Assembly (NCBI GenBank): GCA_040081205.1
Contig: JBEBHE010000001.1
Location: forward strand, 1-46,041
DNA length: 46,041 bases
Direction: 5' to 3'
Origin: Burkholderiales bacterium
GTDB lineage: Bacteria > Pseudomonadota > Gammaproteobacteria > Burkholderiales > SG8-41
Below, one piece after another: positions 25,788-35,400 of the stretch (positions are counted from its first letter, which is position 1; each line of letters begins with the position of its first letter). The translations under genes were made by a program, and so were the position numbers. The notes beneath the pieces were generated by a model. It searched no databases. It saw only the letters and a program-made list of their open reading frames with translations, and was not told the DNA's origin.

Positions 25788-26775
25788 TGGGCTCACCAAA
25801 AGCGCCATCCTGCTGATGGCGCTGGGTGAAAATGAAGCAGCCGAGGTATTCAAACACCTCGGCCCGCGCGAAGTGCAAAAGATCGGCGCCGCCATGGCCG
25901 GCCTTAAATCCGTCACGCGCGATGACATAAAGAGCGTGATTGGAGAGTTTTGCACACAAGCAGACGAACAATCCACGCTCGCCGTCGGCTCCGACGAGTA
26001 CATACGCAATGTGCTTAAGAAAGCGCTGGGCGATGACAAGTCGGGTCCCATACTAGACCGTATTCTCCAGGGCGGCGACAACAGCGGCATTGAAGGCTTG
26101 AAGTGGATGAGTTCAAGCGCCGTGGCGGAACTTGTCAAAAACGAACATCCGCAGATTATCGCAACCATACTGGTGCATCTGGAACGCGATCAGGCATCGG
26201 AAATTCTGGGACAGATTGCCGAACGCACACGCAACGACGTGCTTCTGCGCATCGCAACGCTGGACGGCATCCAACCGGCGGCATTGCAGGAACTCAACGA
26301 TGTGCTGAACAAGTTGCTCGCAGGTAACAAAAACATGAAGAACGCCCCGATGGGCGGCATTCGCACTGCTGCCGAAATACTTAACTTCATGCCCGGCACG
26401 CAAGAGTCGTCGATCATCGAAGGCGTCAAGGAATTCGATGCCGATCTGGCGCAGAAAATCGTCGATGAAATGTTTGTGTGGGAAAACCTGCTTGAACTCG
26501 ATGATCGAGGCATACAGTTGCTGCTAAAAGAAGTGCAGTCGGAAGCCCTGATTCTGGCGCTCAAAGGATCATCCAGCGAACTGCGCGAGAAAATATTCGG
26601 CAATATGTCGCAACGTGCCAGCGAAATGCTGCGGGAAGACCTTGAAGCCAAAGGCATGGTGCGCGTGTCGGAAGTGGAGGCACAACAAAAAGAAATCCTC
26701 AAAGTCGTGCGGCGACTCGCCGACGAAGGGCAAATCGTGATGGGCGGCGGCGGCGGAGACGAGGGCTATGTCTAA
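25777..26775 (+). CDS. fliG: Flagellar motor switch protein FliG
   Basis: ORF track, 332 aa. LTKSAILLMALGENEAAEVFKHLGPREVQKIG...EHPQIIATILVHL...MFVWENLLELDDRGIQLLLKEV. Confidence 0.97.
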   Translation: MENDGLTKSAILLMALGENEAAEVFKHLGPREVQKIGAAMAGLKSVTRDDIKSVIGEFCTQADEQSTLAVGSDEYIRNVLKKALGDDKSGPILDRILQGGDNSGIEGLKWMSSSAVAELVKNEHPQIIATILVHLERDQASEILGQIAERTRNDVLLRIATLDGIQPAALQELNDVLNKLLAGNKNMKNAPMGGIRTAAEILNFMPGTQESSIIEGVKEFDADLAQKIVDEMFVWENLLELDDRGIQLLLKEVQSEALILALKGSSSELREKIFGNMSQRASEMLREDLEAKGMVRVSEVEAQQKEILKVVRRLADEGQIVMGGGGGDEGYV

Positions 26776-27397
26776 CAGCCCGTTGATTCCGCGGGAAAAG
26801 CTTTCTGCCTATCAGCGCTGGGAATTGCATGCCTTTGATATTCCCGATGATTTCGATTCTTCGGTGCGCGTGAAGGACGGCAATGCCAAGGACGCCGCGA
26901 AGATCGAAGGCGTGCGACGCGAGGCGTACGCTTCAGGACGCGCCGACGGCCTGCGCGAAGGCGCACAAAAATCCGCAGAAGACGCGCAGCGGCTTCGCAA
27001 CTTGCTTGCAACCATGACACAGCAAAGCAGCGAGATCAATCAGCATCTGGCCGATGATCTGCTTCGATTTGGCCTGGCGCTGGCCCGACAGATGGTGCGG
27101 CGCTCGCTTACCGCGCATCCCGACATCATCATTCCACTGGTAAAGGATGCGCTGACGCATTTGGCAAGCGCCAATACGCCTTTATCCATGACACTGCACC
27201 CCGCCGATGCGGTATTGGTTCGCGCGCATCTCACCGACGCGATCGCCACCGGGCATTGGAACCTTATCGAAGATGCTGATCTGCAACGCGGCGGCTGCCT
27301 GCTGCAGACTGCGACGAGCCACATGGACGCCACGATAGGCGCGCGCTGGCATCACCTGGCTTCCAAGTTGGGCATTGACGACCAATGGCTCGATTGA
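26768..27397 (+). CDS. fliH: Flagellar assembly protein FliH
   Basis: ORF track, 209 aa. Located between fliG and fliI with an 8-nt overlap with fliG. Charged coiled-coil N-terminal half, and C-terminal ...LHPADAVLVRAHL...GGCLLQTATSHMDATIGARW typical of FliH. Confidence 0.88.
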   Translation: MSNSPLIPREKLSAYQRWELHAFDIPDDFDSSVRVKDGNAKDAAKIEGVRREAYASGRADGLREGAQKSAEDAQRLRNLLATMTQQSSEINQHLADDLLRFGLALARQMVRRSLTAHPDIIIPLVKDALTHLASANTPLSMTLHPADAVLVRAHLTDAIATGHWNLIEDADLQRGGCLLQTATSHMDATIGARWHHLASKLGIDDQWLD

Positions 27398-27447
27398 AAT
27401 GCCGTGTGATGTCCGTTGATGTATTCGCGAAGCAGTTTGATCTATAA

Positions 27448-28872
27448 ATGAGAGAACATTCAGTGCAAACCACTACCGTAAACGCCGCTGCTTTTCTGCG
27501 CGACTGCACCGATCTGGTCGCCGGTGCAGACACCCTTCGTGTTTCCGGCAAGCTGACGCGCGTCGCGGGGTTGGTTCTCGAAGCATCGGGGCTGCGGCTT
27601 TCCGTCGGTAGCTGCTGCGAGATTTCCCTGCCGTATCGCACCAACGTGGAAGCAGAGGTGGTCGGATTCTCCGAGGACCGGCTGTTTCTGATGCCGGTCA
27701 GCGATGTACACGGGTTGATGCCTGGCGCATTGGTCAGCCCGATAGAATCGATCCCGGAACGCCTTTCACTGGATTCACCGCCGCGTCCACGCCGCCGCGC
27801 AGCCGATCAGGCAAAACAAGTGCCGGTGGGGGGCACGTTGCTGGGGCGCGTGCTGGATAGCCGCGGCACGCCGCTCGATCAACTGGGCCCGTTACGCAAT
27901 GAACGCAGCGTATCACTGCATAACCGCCCGCTCAATCCGCTGGAACGCGCCCCCATCACCGACGTGCTCGATGTCGGCGTGCGTGCGATAAACAGCCTGT
28001 TGACCGTTGGGCGCGGACAGCGCATGGGCCTGTTTGCGGGCAGCGGCATCGGCAAGAGCATGCTGCTCGGCATGATGGCGCGCTACACCAGCGCCGATGT
28101 CATCGTGGTCGGACTGATCGGCGAGCGCGGACGTGAGGTCAAGGAGTTCATCGAAAACATCCTGGGCGCGGAAGGACTTGCCCGCGCGGTGGTGGTCGCG
28201 GCGCCGGCGGACACCAGTCCGCTGATGCGATTACAGGGCGCGGCCTACGCCACGGCCATCGCGGAACATTTCCGCGACGAAGGCAAGCACGTGCTGCTGA
28301 TCATGGATTCGCTGACGCGCTTTGCGATGGCGCAGCGCGAAATCGCGCTCGCGATCGGCGAACCGCCCGTCACTCGTGGTTACCCGCCATCGGTATTCGC
28401 CAAACTGCCGCAACTGGTGGAGCGCGCCGGCAACGCCGGGCAAGGCGGCGGTTCCATCACCGCGTTCTACACCGTGCTGGCCGAGGGTGATGATCAGCAA
28501 GACCCCATTGCGGACAGCGCGCGTGCGATTCTGGACGGGCATATCGTACTGTCGCGCGCGCTGGCCGATCAGGGGCACTATCCCGCTATCGATATTGAAG
28601 CCTCCATCAGCCGCGCGCTCACCAGTTTGGTGGACACACCGCAATTCGATCTCGTGCGCCGCTTCAAGAGCCTGTATTCGCGTTACCAGCGCAATCGCGA
28701 CCTGGTCAGCGTCGGCGCGTATAACGCCGGCAGCGACCCGTTGCTGGATCAGGCGCTTGCGTTGTATCCGAGCATGGAAACATTCCTTCAGCAAAATGTC
28801 GCGGAACGCGCCACTTATACGGAAAGCATCGATGGCATGCGCGTGCTATTACAGGCTGTCGCGCCGGCATAA
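27448..28872 (+). CDS. fliI: Flagellum-specific type III ATPase
   Basis: ORF track, 474 aa. Walker [18 protein letters not shown], Walker [20 protein letters not shown], ...[36 protein letters not shown]. Confidence 0.97.
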   Translation: MREHSVQTTTVNAAAFLRDCTDLVAGADTLRVSGKLTRVAGLVLEASGLRLSVGSCCEISLPYRTNVEAEVVGFSEDRLFLMPVSDVHGLMPGALVSPIESIPERLSLDSPPRPRRRAADQAKQVPVGGTLLGRVLDSRGTPLDQLGPLRNERSVSLHNRPLNPLERAPITDVLDVGVRAINSLLTVGRGQRMGLFAGSGIGKSMLLGMMARYTSADVIVVGLIGERGREVKEFIENILGAEGLARAVVVAAPADTSPLMRLQGAAYATAIAEHFRDEGKHVLLIMDSLTRFAMAQREIALAIGEPPVTRGYPPSVFAKLPQLVERAGNAGQGGGSITAFYTVLAEGDDQQDPIADSARAILDGHIVLSRALADQGHYPAIDIEASISRALTSLVDTPQFDLVRRFKSLYSRYQRNRDLVSVGAYNAGSDPLLDQALALYPSMETFLQQNVAERATYTESIDGMRVLLQAVAPA

Positions 28873-28903
28873 AACCCGGCACCTTCAACTGGCAGAACGA
28901 CTC

Positions 28904-29356
28904 ATGACACGATCCTTCGCACTACAGGGCTTGCTGGATATCGCTACGTCGGAAGCGGATGCCGCAGCCGTAAGCCTCGGCAACCTCAATCGTCAGGTAC
29001 TACTGCAGGAACAAAAACTTGCGCTGCTGATTCAGTATCGCACGGACTATCAGGAACGTCTGCGCCGCGCCATTGCCACGGGTCTCGATGCCGTCGGACT
29101 GCGAAATTTCAACGATTTCATCGGACGTCTCGAGCAGGCTATTGCGCAGCAGCGCACCGCAATCGGCGATGCACGCGGACGCGCCGAGCGCGGCCGTCTT
29201 CATTGGCAAGAAAAGCAACGCAAATCGAAAGCTTTCGACACCCTGTCGCAACGCGCAGGCGCTGCATTGGTGCGTATTGAAAACAGCCGCGAGCAAAAAT
29301 CACAAGACGATTTTGCCAGTCACGCCATGCGCCGGAAATCCTGCGCGCAACGCTAG
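28904..29356 (+). CDS. fliJ: Flagellar export protein FliJ
   Basis: Last 150 codons of ORF 28322..29356, from ATG 28904: MTRSFALQGLLDIATSEADAAAVSLGNLN...LLIQYRTDYQERL...FIGRLEQAIAQQ...WQEKQRKSKAFDTLSQR. Coiled-coil protein in the fliI-fliK position. Confidence 0.88.
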   Translation: MTRSFALQGLLDIATSEADAAAVSLGNLNRQVLLQEQKLALLIQYRTDYQERLRRAIATGLDAVGLRNFNDFIGRLEQAIAQQRTAIGDARGRAERGRLHWQEKQRKSKAFDTLSQRAGAALVRIENSREQKSQDDFASHAMRRKSCAQR

Positions 29357-29405
29357 TTTGCATTGACGCATCCCCTTCAAAGGTTAAACGGAGAAACTAA
29401 AAATC

Positions 29406-30500
29406 ATGGAAAGCGTTCAAACACAAATACTGACCGCGCCTCCCGGCAAGGCGAAACCGGCCGCAACGGGCGCAGCAGCAGCCAGCGACTTTGCTGCTGA
29501 TCCGCAAAAAGGCTTCCCGGCATTGCTGCTGAGTCTAATGGGGATTGCATTGCCCAAAGATGCGGCTGCCGACATGACATTGATGACAGCCCTCAAGCCG
29601 GAAGAGATGGAACACGACGGAGTACCGGTCGTGCCCGCCGGCATTCCGGATGCAGCACCGCTGCCGATGATGACACTGCCGATTGCACTCCTGCCGCCGA
29701 TGCCCGAGGCCGCCGCCAGCGGGTTGTCAGCGGAGTTGATGATCGCAGGCCGCGTGCGTCCTTGCATGGATGCCGCAACAGAAAAATTGGATAGCGCGCC
29801 GAGCATGGCGTCCGGCGCACCCGTGCCCGCTGGAACAGCAGAGTTCATCGCGTCCGGTGAAAACCAGCCGCGCCTTTCGCTACACGCTGCCGACCCGCAT
29901 ACGGGACGCCCGGTGACGCCCCATCCGCAGCACGCGCTGGAAGCCCTCGCGGAACACCGCGATGCCGCCGTGACAAATCTGCCGGTACCGGAATTTACAC
30001 AAGGCATGCATTCGTTGCATCCCTTGCACCCCATGCACCCTGCTCACCCTTCGCCCGCTGCAGCAGCGCACATCGAAACGCCCATCGGTACGCCTGAGTG
30101 GAGTGCCGAGTTCGCACAAAAGATTGTCTGGCTGGCCGGTGAAAAACAGCACACCGCCGAATTACATGTGAATCCGCCGGATCTTGGGCCGTTACACATC
30201 CGGCTTGCCACCGACGAAAATCAGACCAGCGCAATTTTTACATCGCCGCACAGCGACGTGCGCGAAGCCATTGAAGCCGCGCTGCCGCGCCTGCGGGAAG
30301 TACTGGCCGATAGCGGCATCACCCTCGGCCAAGCCAGTGTCACCGCGGACAGCCCTCGCGACGGATCGGCATTTGACCGGCAACGTCATCCGGCGCCGGT
30401 ATTTAGCGGCGACGCCGATTCCGACGTCGTTGCGGCATCCAGCACAAGTCAAGACGTTGTGCGTGGCCGGGGTAACGGATTGGTCGATCTGTTCGCCTAA
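29406..30500 (+). CDS. fliK: Flagellar hook-length control protein
   Basis: ORF track, 364 aa. Pro/Ala-rich N-terminal half. C-terminal domain: WSAEFAQKIVWLAGEKQHTAELHVNPPDLGPLHIRLATDENQTSAIFTSPHSDVREAIEAALPRLREVLADSGITLGQASV. Confidence 0.92.
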   Translation: MESVQTQILTAPPGKAKPAATGAAAASDFAADPQKGFPALLLSLMGIALPKDAAADMTLMTALKPEEMEHDGVPVVPAGIPDAAPLPMMTLPIALLPPMPEAAASGLSAELMIAGRVRPCMDAATEKLDSAPSMASGAPVPAGTAEFIASGENQPRLSLHAADPHTGRPVTPHPQHALEALAEHRDAAVTNLPVPEFTQGMHSLHPLHPMHPAHPSPAAAAHIETPIGTPEWSAEFAQKIVWLAGEKQHTAELHVNPPDLGPLHIRLATDENQTSAIFTSPHSDVREAIEAALPRLREVLADSGITLGQASVTADSPRDGSAFDRQRHPAPVFSGDADSDVVAASSTSQDVVRGRGNGLVDLFA

Positions 30501-30609
30501 ACCGCCAACACCAATCCGCGAAGAAACGCACCTTTGACCGCCTTTTCAATCGATGCGAATTCGTGCCCTATCCACATAATGCCGTGAACAAAGACTGGGA
30601 GAGTTGACC

Positions 30610-31284
30610 ATGGCAGGCAAGAAAGAACCAGCCAAGAACACGGAGGCCGCAGATCCTGCTGCGGCGCCTGCACCTGGCCCGACGAAAAAATCCAAGGTCT
30701 TGAAATTATTGGCTATTTTAATCATTGTTGGCGGCGCCGGCGGCGGTGCTGCCTATTGGTATTTGGGACAAAACAAGAACCCCGGCACCGCCGCCGAGGC
30801 CAAACCGCAACCGGCCAAGCCGCCCGTCTATGTGCCGCTGGAACCCTTCACGGTGAATTTACAGATTGAAGAAAATCCGCAGTTCCTGCAAACAGGGCTG
30901 TCCCTCAAGGTATCCGATGCCACGGTGGTTGACGCACTCAAGCTGCATATGCCTGAAGTGCGTGATCGCATCTTGCTGCTGCTGTCGAGCCGCAAAGCGT
31001 CGGAGTTACTCACGCTCGACGGTAAACGCAAATTGAGTAACGACATCGTTGAAACCGTCAATGCAATACTTTCGCCACAGGCGCCGAAAGTGGCAGTGGC
31101 AACAGCAATAGCGCCTCCTCCTGCAAAGCCACCACAGGAAGCGCCGCCCGCTGACGGTGAGGCCAAACCGGAAACGGAGGCCGTCGCTGCAACAAGTGAG
31201 GACAAACCGGAACCGGAGGCAGCCGCGCCAGCACCCAAGCTGCCCATTCTGAGCGTGCTGTTCACCTCGTTCATCGTCCAGTAA
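30610..31284 (+). CDS. fliL: Flagellar basal-body-associated protein FliL (with a low-complexity insert)
   Basis: ORF track 30604..31284 (TTG); ATG 30610 follows GGGAGAG. Single TM LLAILIIVGGAGGGAAYWY; YVPLEPFTVNL...FLQTGLSLKV...LHMPEVRDRILLLLSS; terminal LFTSFIVQ. Confidence 0.9.
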   Translation: MAGKKEPAKNTEAADPAAAPAPGPTKKSKVLKLLAILIIVGGAGGGAAYWYLGQNKNPGTAAEAKPQPAKPPVYVPLEPFTVNLQIEENPQFLQTGLSLKVSDATVVDALKLHMPEVRDRILLLLSSRKASELLTLDGKRKLSNDIVETVNAILSPQAPKVAVATAIAPPPAKPPQEAPPADGEAKPETEAVAATSEDKPEPEAAAPAPKLPILSVLFTSFIVQ

Positions 31285-31291
31285 TCCTGCA

Positions 31292-32272
31292 ATGACCAAG
31301 GACTTCCTGTCGCAGGATGAAGTTGACGCATTGCTCAAAGGCGTCAACGGCGAACCGGACGAAACCCCTGAGGAGGTAAATCCGACGGGCGTTCGCCCTT
31401 ACAATCTCGCGACCCAGGAACGCATTGTTCGCGGGCGCATGCCCACGCTGGAAATCATCAACGAGCGCTTTGCCAGACTGCTGCGCATCGGACTTTTCAA
31501 TTTCATGCGCCGCACTGCGGAGATCTCCATCGGCCCGGTTCGCACCACCAAATACAGCGAGTTCATCCGCAATCTGGTAGTGCCAACCAATCTCAACATA
31601 GTTCAAATCAAACCACTCCGTGGAAACGCGCTGTTTATTTTCGACCCGAACCTGGTTTTCCTGATCGTTGACAACCTGTTCGGCGGCAGCGGCCAGATGC
31701 AAACGCGCGTCGAAGGACGTGACTTCACACCCACCGAACAACGTATCATTCAACGATTGCTCGCCATTGTGTTCGACGATCTCGAAAAATCGTGGGCGTC
31801 CGTGCATCCGGTCAAATTCGAACATGTGCGCTCCGAAATTAACACGCAGTTCGTAAACATCGCTACGCCCAACGAAGTGGTAATCGTTACGACCTTCACC
31901 ATTGAATTCGGCTCGACGAGCGGCCAATTTCACATCTGCATCCCTTACGCGATGGTGGAACCGATCCGTGATGTGCTCTACAGCAGCGTGCAAGGCGACC
32001 AAATGGAAGTTGATAAACGTTGGGTCAGCCTGCTCTCCAAGCAGGTGCAAAGCGCCGAAGTGACGCTGGTATTGAATCTTGGGCATGCACAACTCACCAT
32101 CGATCAGCTGCTGGGCATGCAGGTGGGTGATGTCATTTCGGTAGAGGTACCGCAGCCGATCATCGCGGAAGTCGATGGCGTGCCGGTGATTGAATGCAAG
32201 TGCGGATTATTCAACGGCCAGTACGCGCTAAAAGTTGAAAAATTGTTATCAAGTGCCGGCCAAGATGCCTGA
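31292..32272 (+). CDS. fliM: Flagellar motor switch protein FliM
   Basis: ORF track, 326 aa. MTKDFLSQDEVDALL (CheY-P-binding-type N-terminus) ...RPYNLATQERIVRGRMPTLEIINERFAR... Confidence 0.97.
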   Translation: MTKDFLSQDEVDALLKGVNGEPDETPEEVNPTGVRPYNLATQERIVRGRMPTLEIINERFARLLRIGLFNFMRRTAEISIGPVRTTKYSEFIRNLVVPTNLNIVQIKPLRGNALFIFDPNLVFLIVDNLFGGSGQMQTRVEGRDFTPTEQRIIQRLLAIVFDDLEKSWASVHPVKFEHVRSEINTQFVNIATPNEVVIVTTFTIEFGSTSGQFHICIPYAMVEPIRDVLYSSVQGDQMEVDKRWVSLLSKQVQSAEVTLVLNLGHAQLTIDQLLGMQVGDVISVEVPQPIIAEVDGVPVIECKCGLFNGQYALKVEKLLSSAGQDA

Positions 32273-32284
32273 CAGGAGAACACC

Positions 32285-32710
32285 ATGACAGAAGTCGCTA
32301 CGCAAGAACAAGTATCCGCTGACGACTGGGCCGCGGCCATGGCCGAAGCCACGCCCGCCCCGAATACCGCGGCGGCGGGCGGCTCAACACAAGTTGCCGC
32401 ACCGATATTTGAACAGTTTTCGGGCGGCGCAAAAAAAACGGGCGTCCACAACGATATCGACATGATTCTCGATATTCCCGTTCAGCTGACGGTGGAATTA
32501 GGCCGTACCAAAATCGCCATCAAAAATCTGCTGCAACTCGCGCAGGGCTCCGTGGTCGAACTGGAAGGACTCGCTGGCGAGCCGATGGACGTTCTGGTAA
32601 ACGGCTGCTTGATCGCGCAAGGCGAAGTCGTCGTGGTCAACGACAAATTCGGCATCCGCCTGACCGATATCATCACACCCTCCGAACGGCTGCGGAAGCT
32701 GAAACGATGA
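32285..32710 (+). CDS. fliN: Flagellar motor switch protein FliN
   Basis: ORF track, 141 aa. DIDMILDIPVQLTVELGRTKIAIKNLLQLAQGSVVELEGLAGEPMDVLVNGCLIAQGEVVVVNDKFGIRLTDI. Confidence 0.97.
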   Translation: MTEVATQEQVSADDWAAAMAEATPAPNTAAAGGSTQVAAPIFEQFSGGAKKTGVHNDIDMILDIPVQLTVELGRTKIAIKNLLQLAQGSVVELEGLAGEPMDVLVNGCLIAQGEVVVVNDKFGIRLTDIITPSERLRKLKR

Positions 32711-33150
32711 AGCAGCGTTTCTCCGGCACGGTGTTGCTGATAGGGAGCAGTTGCATCGCTCCGCTGGCCTGTGCCGCCACGACCACCAGCAATACCGCGG
32801 CGGCCAGTCCCGCCACGAGTCCGATGATGAGCATGATGATCAGCACATTGATTGTCATCGCACTCATCGTTGCTGCCGCGTGGGTGCTCAAGCGCCTTGC
32901 ACCGCGCCACTACGCCAAAAGCGATACGTTACGCGTGGTCGCGGGCGCGGCAGTCGGACAGCGCGAACGTGTCGTTGTGGTTGAAATCGGCGCGACGTGG
33001 CTGGTACTGGGCGTGGCTCCCGGGCACGTCAATGTGCTGCACCATCTGCCGCGCGCCGAGCAGCCAGCGGAACCCATGGAAACCACCAAGCCGCGCACCT
33101 TCGCGCACTGGCTTACCTTGGTAACAAAAAAAGTCAATGAAAACAAGTAG
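32707..33150 (+). CDS. fliO: Flagellar biosynthesis protein FliO
   Basis: ORF track, 147 aa. Single [23 protein letters not shown] followed by ...[29 protein letters not shown]. Overlaps fliN (4 nt) and fliP (14 nt). Confidence 0.82.
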   Translation: MKQRFSGTVLLIGSSCIAPLACAATTTSNTAAASPATSPMMSMMISTLIVIALIVAAAWVLKRLAPRHYAKSDTLRVVAGAAVGQRERVVVVEIGATWLVLGVAPGHVNVLHHLPRAEQPAEPMETTKPRTFAHWLTLVTKKVNENK

Positions 33151-33883
33151 ATGGATATTTTTTGCTGTTCTGCTGCTCAGTGCAGCCATGCCGGTGATGG
33201 CGCAGACGGCATCACTACCGTTGGGCAGCAGCACACCCGCAGGCGGTGGCGGACAAACCTACAGTCTGAGCATACAGACGCTGCTGTTGCTGACATCCAT
33301 CACATTCCTGCCGGCGGTGTTGCTGATGATGACCGGATTCACGCGCATCATCATCGTACTGTCACTACTGCGTCAGGCACTCGGCACACCCGCGTCGCCG
33401 CCCAATCAGGTGCTGATCGGATTATCGTTATTCCTCACGCTGTTCGTAATGTCACCCACGCTGGACAAGATATACACCGAGGCCTATCAGCCATTTTCCG
33501 AGGACAAGATCACCTTCACGGCCGCCATTGAGAAAGGCAGCGCGCCGTTGCGCACCTTCATGCTCAAACAAACGCGCGAGGGTGACCTGGCGCTGTTCAC
33601 ACAACTCTCAGGGCAAAAGGTGGAGAACACCGCACAGGTGCCGATGAAAGTTCTCATTCCGGCCTATGTCGCCAGCGAACTGAAAACTGCCTTTCAGATC
33701 GGCTTCATCATTTTCCTGCCGTTTCTGATTATCGACATGGTGGTTGCCAGCGTGCTGATGTCGATGGGCATGATGATGGTATCGCCCGCGATGGTGTCGC
33801 TGCCGTTCAAACTGATGATCTTTGTGCTGGTGGACGGATGGGCGCTGTTGCTGGCGTCGCTTGCGCAGAGCTTCGCCACATAA
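33137..33883 (+). CDS. fliP: Flagellar export apparatus protein FliP
   Basis: ORF track, 248 aa. [40 protein letters not shown]...[20 protein letters not shown]...[30 protein letters not shown]. Confidence 0.97.
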   Translation: MKTSRWIFFAVLLLSAAMPVMAQTASLPLGSSTPAGGGGQTYSLSIQTLLLLTSITFLPAVLLMMTGFTRIIIVLSLLRQALGTPASPPNQVLIGLSLFLTLFVMSPTLDKIYTEAYQPFSEDKITFTAAIEKGSAPLRTFMLKQTREGDLALFTQLSGQKVENTAQVPMKVLIPAYVASELKTAFQIGFIIFLPFLIIDMVVASVLMSMGMMMVSPAMVSLPFKLMIFVLVDGWALLLASLAQSFAT

Positions 33884-33897
33884 AACAGGATCGCGCC

Positions 33898-34167
33898 ATG
33901 ACCGCCGAAAGCGTTATCTCCCTTGGACAACAAGCACTGCTCACCATGTTGCTGGTTTCCGCGCCCATGCTGCTGGCAGCACTCGCGGTTGGCTTGTTGG
34001 TGAGCATTTTCCAGGCCGCCACGCAAATCAACGAAATGACGCTGTCGTTCATCCCGAAACTCATTGCGGTATTCGCTACCCTCGTCATTGCCGGACCATG
34101 GATGACCGGATTGCTAGTCGATTACATCCGCAGACTGTTTAGCAGCATACCCGGCATCATCGGCTAG
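33898..34167 (+). CDS. fliQ: Flagellar export apparatus protein FliQ
   Basis: ORF track 33838..34167 trimmed to ATG 33898: MTAESVISLGQQALLTMLLVSAPMLLAALAVGLLVSIFQAATQINEMTLSFIPKLIAVF... (89 aa). Confidence 0.95.
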   Translation: MTAESVISLGQQALLTMLLVSAPMLLAALAVGLLVSIFQAATQINEMTLSFIPKLIAVFATLVIAGPWMTGLLVDYIRRLFSSIPGIIG

Positions 34168-34182
34168 CGCCACTCCAGGCCC

Positions 34183-34962
34183 ATGATCACGCTCACCTCC
34201 GCCCAACTCAGCGGCTGGATCGCCATGATTGTGTGGCCCCTGTCACGCATCCTCGCGCTGATCGCCAGCGCGCCGATTACCGGCAATCAGCAATTCCCGC
34301 TCTCCGCCAAAATCGGCCTCGCCGTATTGCTTACCATCCTGGTGGCGCCGGTGCTTCCCGCATCATCCGTCGTTGATCCCGGCAGCGGCGCAGGCGTTCT
34401 CCTGCTCATCCGGGAAATCCTGATCGGGCTGGCGATGGGACTCGCCATGCGGGTGGTGTTTGCCGGCGTGAGTATGGCAGGCGATCTCATCGGCCTGCAA
34501 ATGGGCCTGGGCTTCGCGCAATTTTATGACCCGCAAAGCAATGCGCACGCGCCGGTCACCGGACAGTTTCTTGGATTAATGGCGACCCTCACCTTTCTGT
34601 CGCTCAACGGCCATTTGATGCTGATTGCCACACTGGTGGAATCGTTTCAGCAAGCGCCAGTCGATAGCGCAGGAACGCTCGCCGGCAATGCGATGCTGCT
34701 GGCGCAATGGGGCGGTACCGTCATGCGCACAGCCCTATTGCTGTCGTTGCCGCTGATCGCGGTGCTACTGGTAACGAATATCGCGCTCGGCGTACTGTCG
34801 CGGGCTGCTGCACAACTAAACATATTCGCCATCGGCTTTCCGATCACGCTGGGCATCGGCTTTATCGCGTTGCTCGTGGGACTGCCCTATCTGATCCCGG
34901 TATTGGAAAAACTGTTTAACGAAGGACTGCAAGCGATGCTGCGCATCGCCACCTTTCGTTAA
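34183..34962 (+). CDS. fliR: Flagellar export apparatus protein FliR
   Basis: ORF track, 259 aa, polytopic. ...WPLSRILALIASAPI...IGLAMGLAMRVVFAGVSMAGDLIGLQMGLGFAQFYDP... Confidence 0.95.
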   Translation: MITLTSAQLSGWIAMIVWPLSRILALIASAPITGNQQFPLSAKIGLAVLLTILVAPVLPASSVVDPGSGAGVLLLIREILIGLAMGLAMRVVFAGVSMAGDLIGLQMGLGFAQFYDPQSNAHAPVTGQFLGLMATLTFLSLNGHLMLIATLVESFQQAPVDSAGTLAGNAMLLAQWGGTVMRTALLLSLPLIAVLLVTNIALGVLSRAAAQLNIFAIGFPITLGIGFIALLVGLPYLIPVLEKLFNEGLQAMLRIATFR

Positions 34963-35390
34963 CGCACAATTTCGACAATGCCCTGCGCGACCCGTTGTGC
35001 AATAGGCACCACCGAATCAATGCCTTCGGTAAATTCAACAACGCGATAATGCCGCGAACCCAGCTCAATGGCGATTTGCTCCGCGCGGCGGTGAAACGCG
35101 GGCATGACCTCGCCATCCCCGCCGGTGGTAAAGCGCTTTTTGCGCATAGAGATGCGAAAGCGGCTCTCGCCCACGCGCATTTGCTCAATATGCCAATTGG
35201 GCGCCAGCGGATCGATGATGACGAACAACAATGCACCGGCGGCAATGCTCTCCAGCGGAATATGCAACGCATTGGTGACGTTGATCGTCTGACTGGGAAT
35301 CAGCACGCCTTTCGAACTGCTGCCTTCGATGGTTGAGCAACCGCCGGCAATCAAAGCAAGGCCAATGACGCTTGTGCGCGATAATTTCAT
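34959..35390 (-). CDS. Predicted lipoprotein of unknown function, last gene of the flg operon
   Basis: ORF track, 143 aa. Signal peptide plus lipobox MKLSRTSVIGLALIAGG|CS. I recognise no domain. Starts 10 nt after the flgL stop, and its stop overlaps the convergent fliR stop by 4 nt. Confidence 0.7.
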   Translation of the reverse strand: MKLSRTSVIGLALIAGGCSTIEGSSSKGVLIPSQTINVTNALHIPLESIAAGALLFVIIDPLAPNWHIEQMRVGESRFRISMRKKRFTTGGDGEVMPAFHRRAEQIAIELGSRHYRVVEFTEGIDSVVPIAQRVAQGIVEIVR

Positions 35391-35400
35391 GATAGTTTAA

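Noticed and set aside
28322-28903. N-terminal 194 codons of track ORF 28322..29356
   Set aside because: It overlaps the 3' third of fliI in another frame. FliJ-like sequence only begins at ATG 28904.
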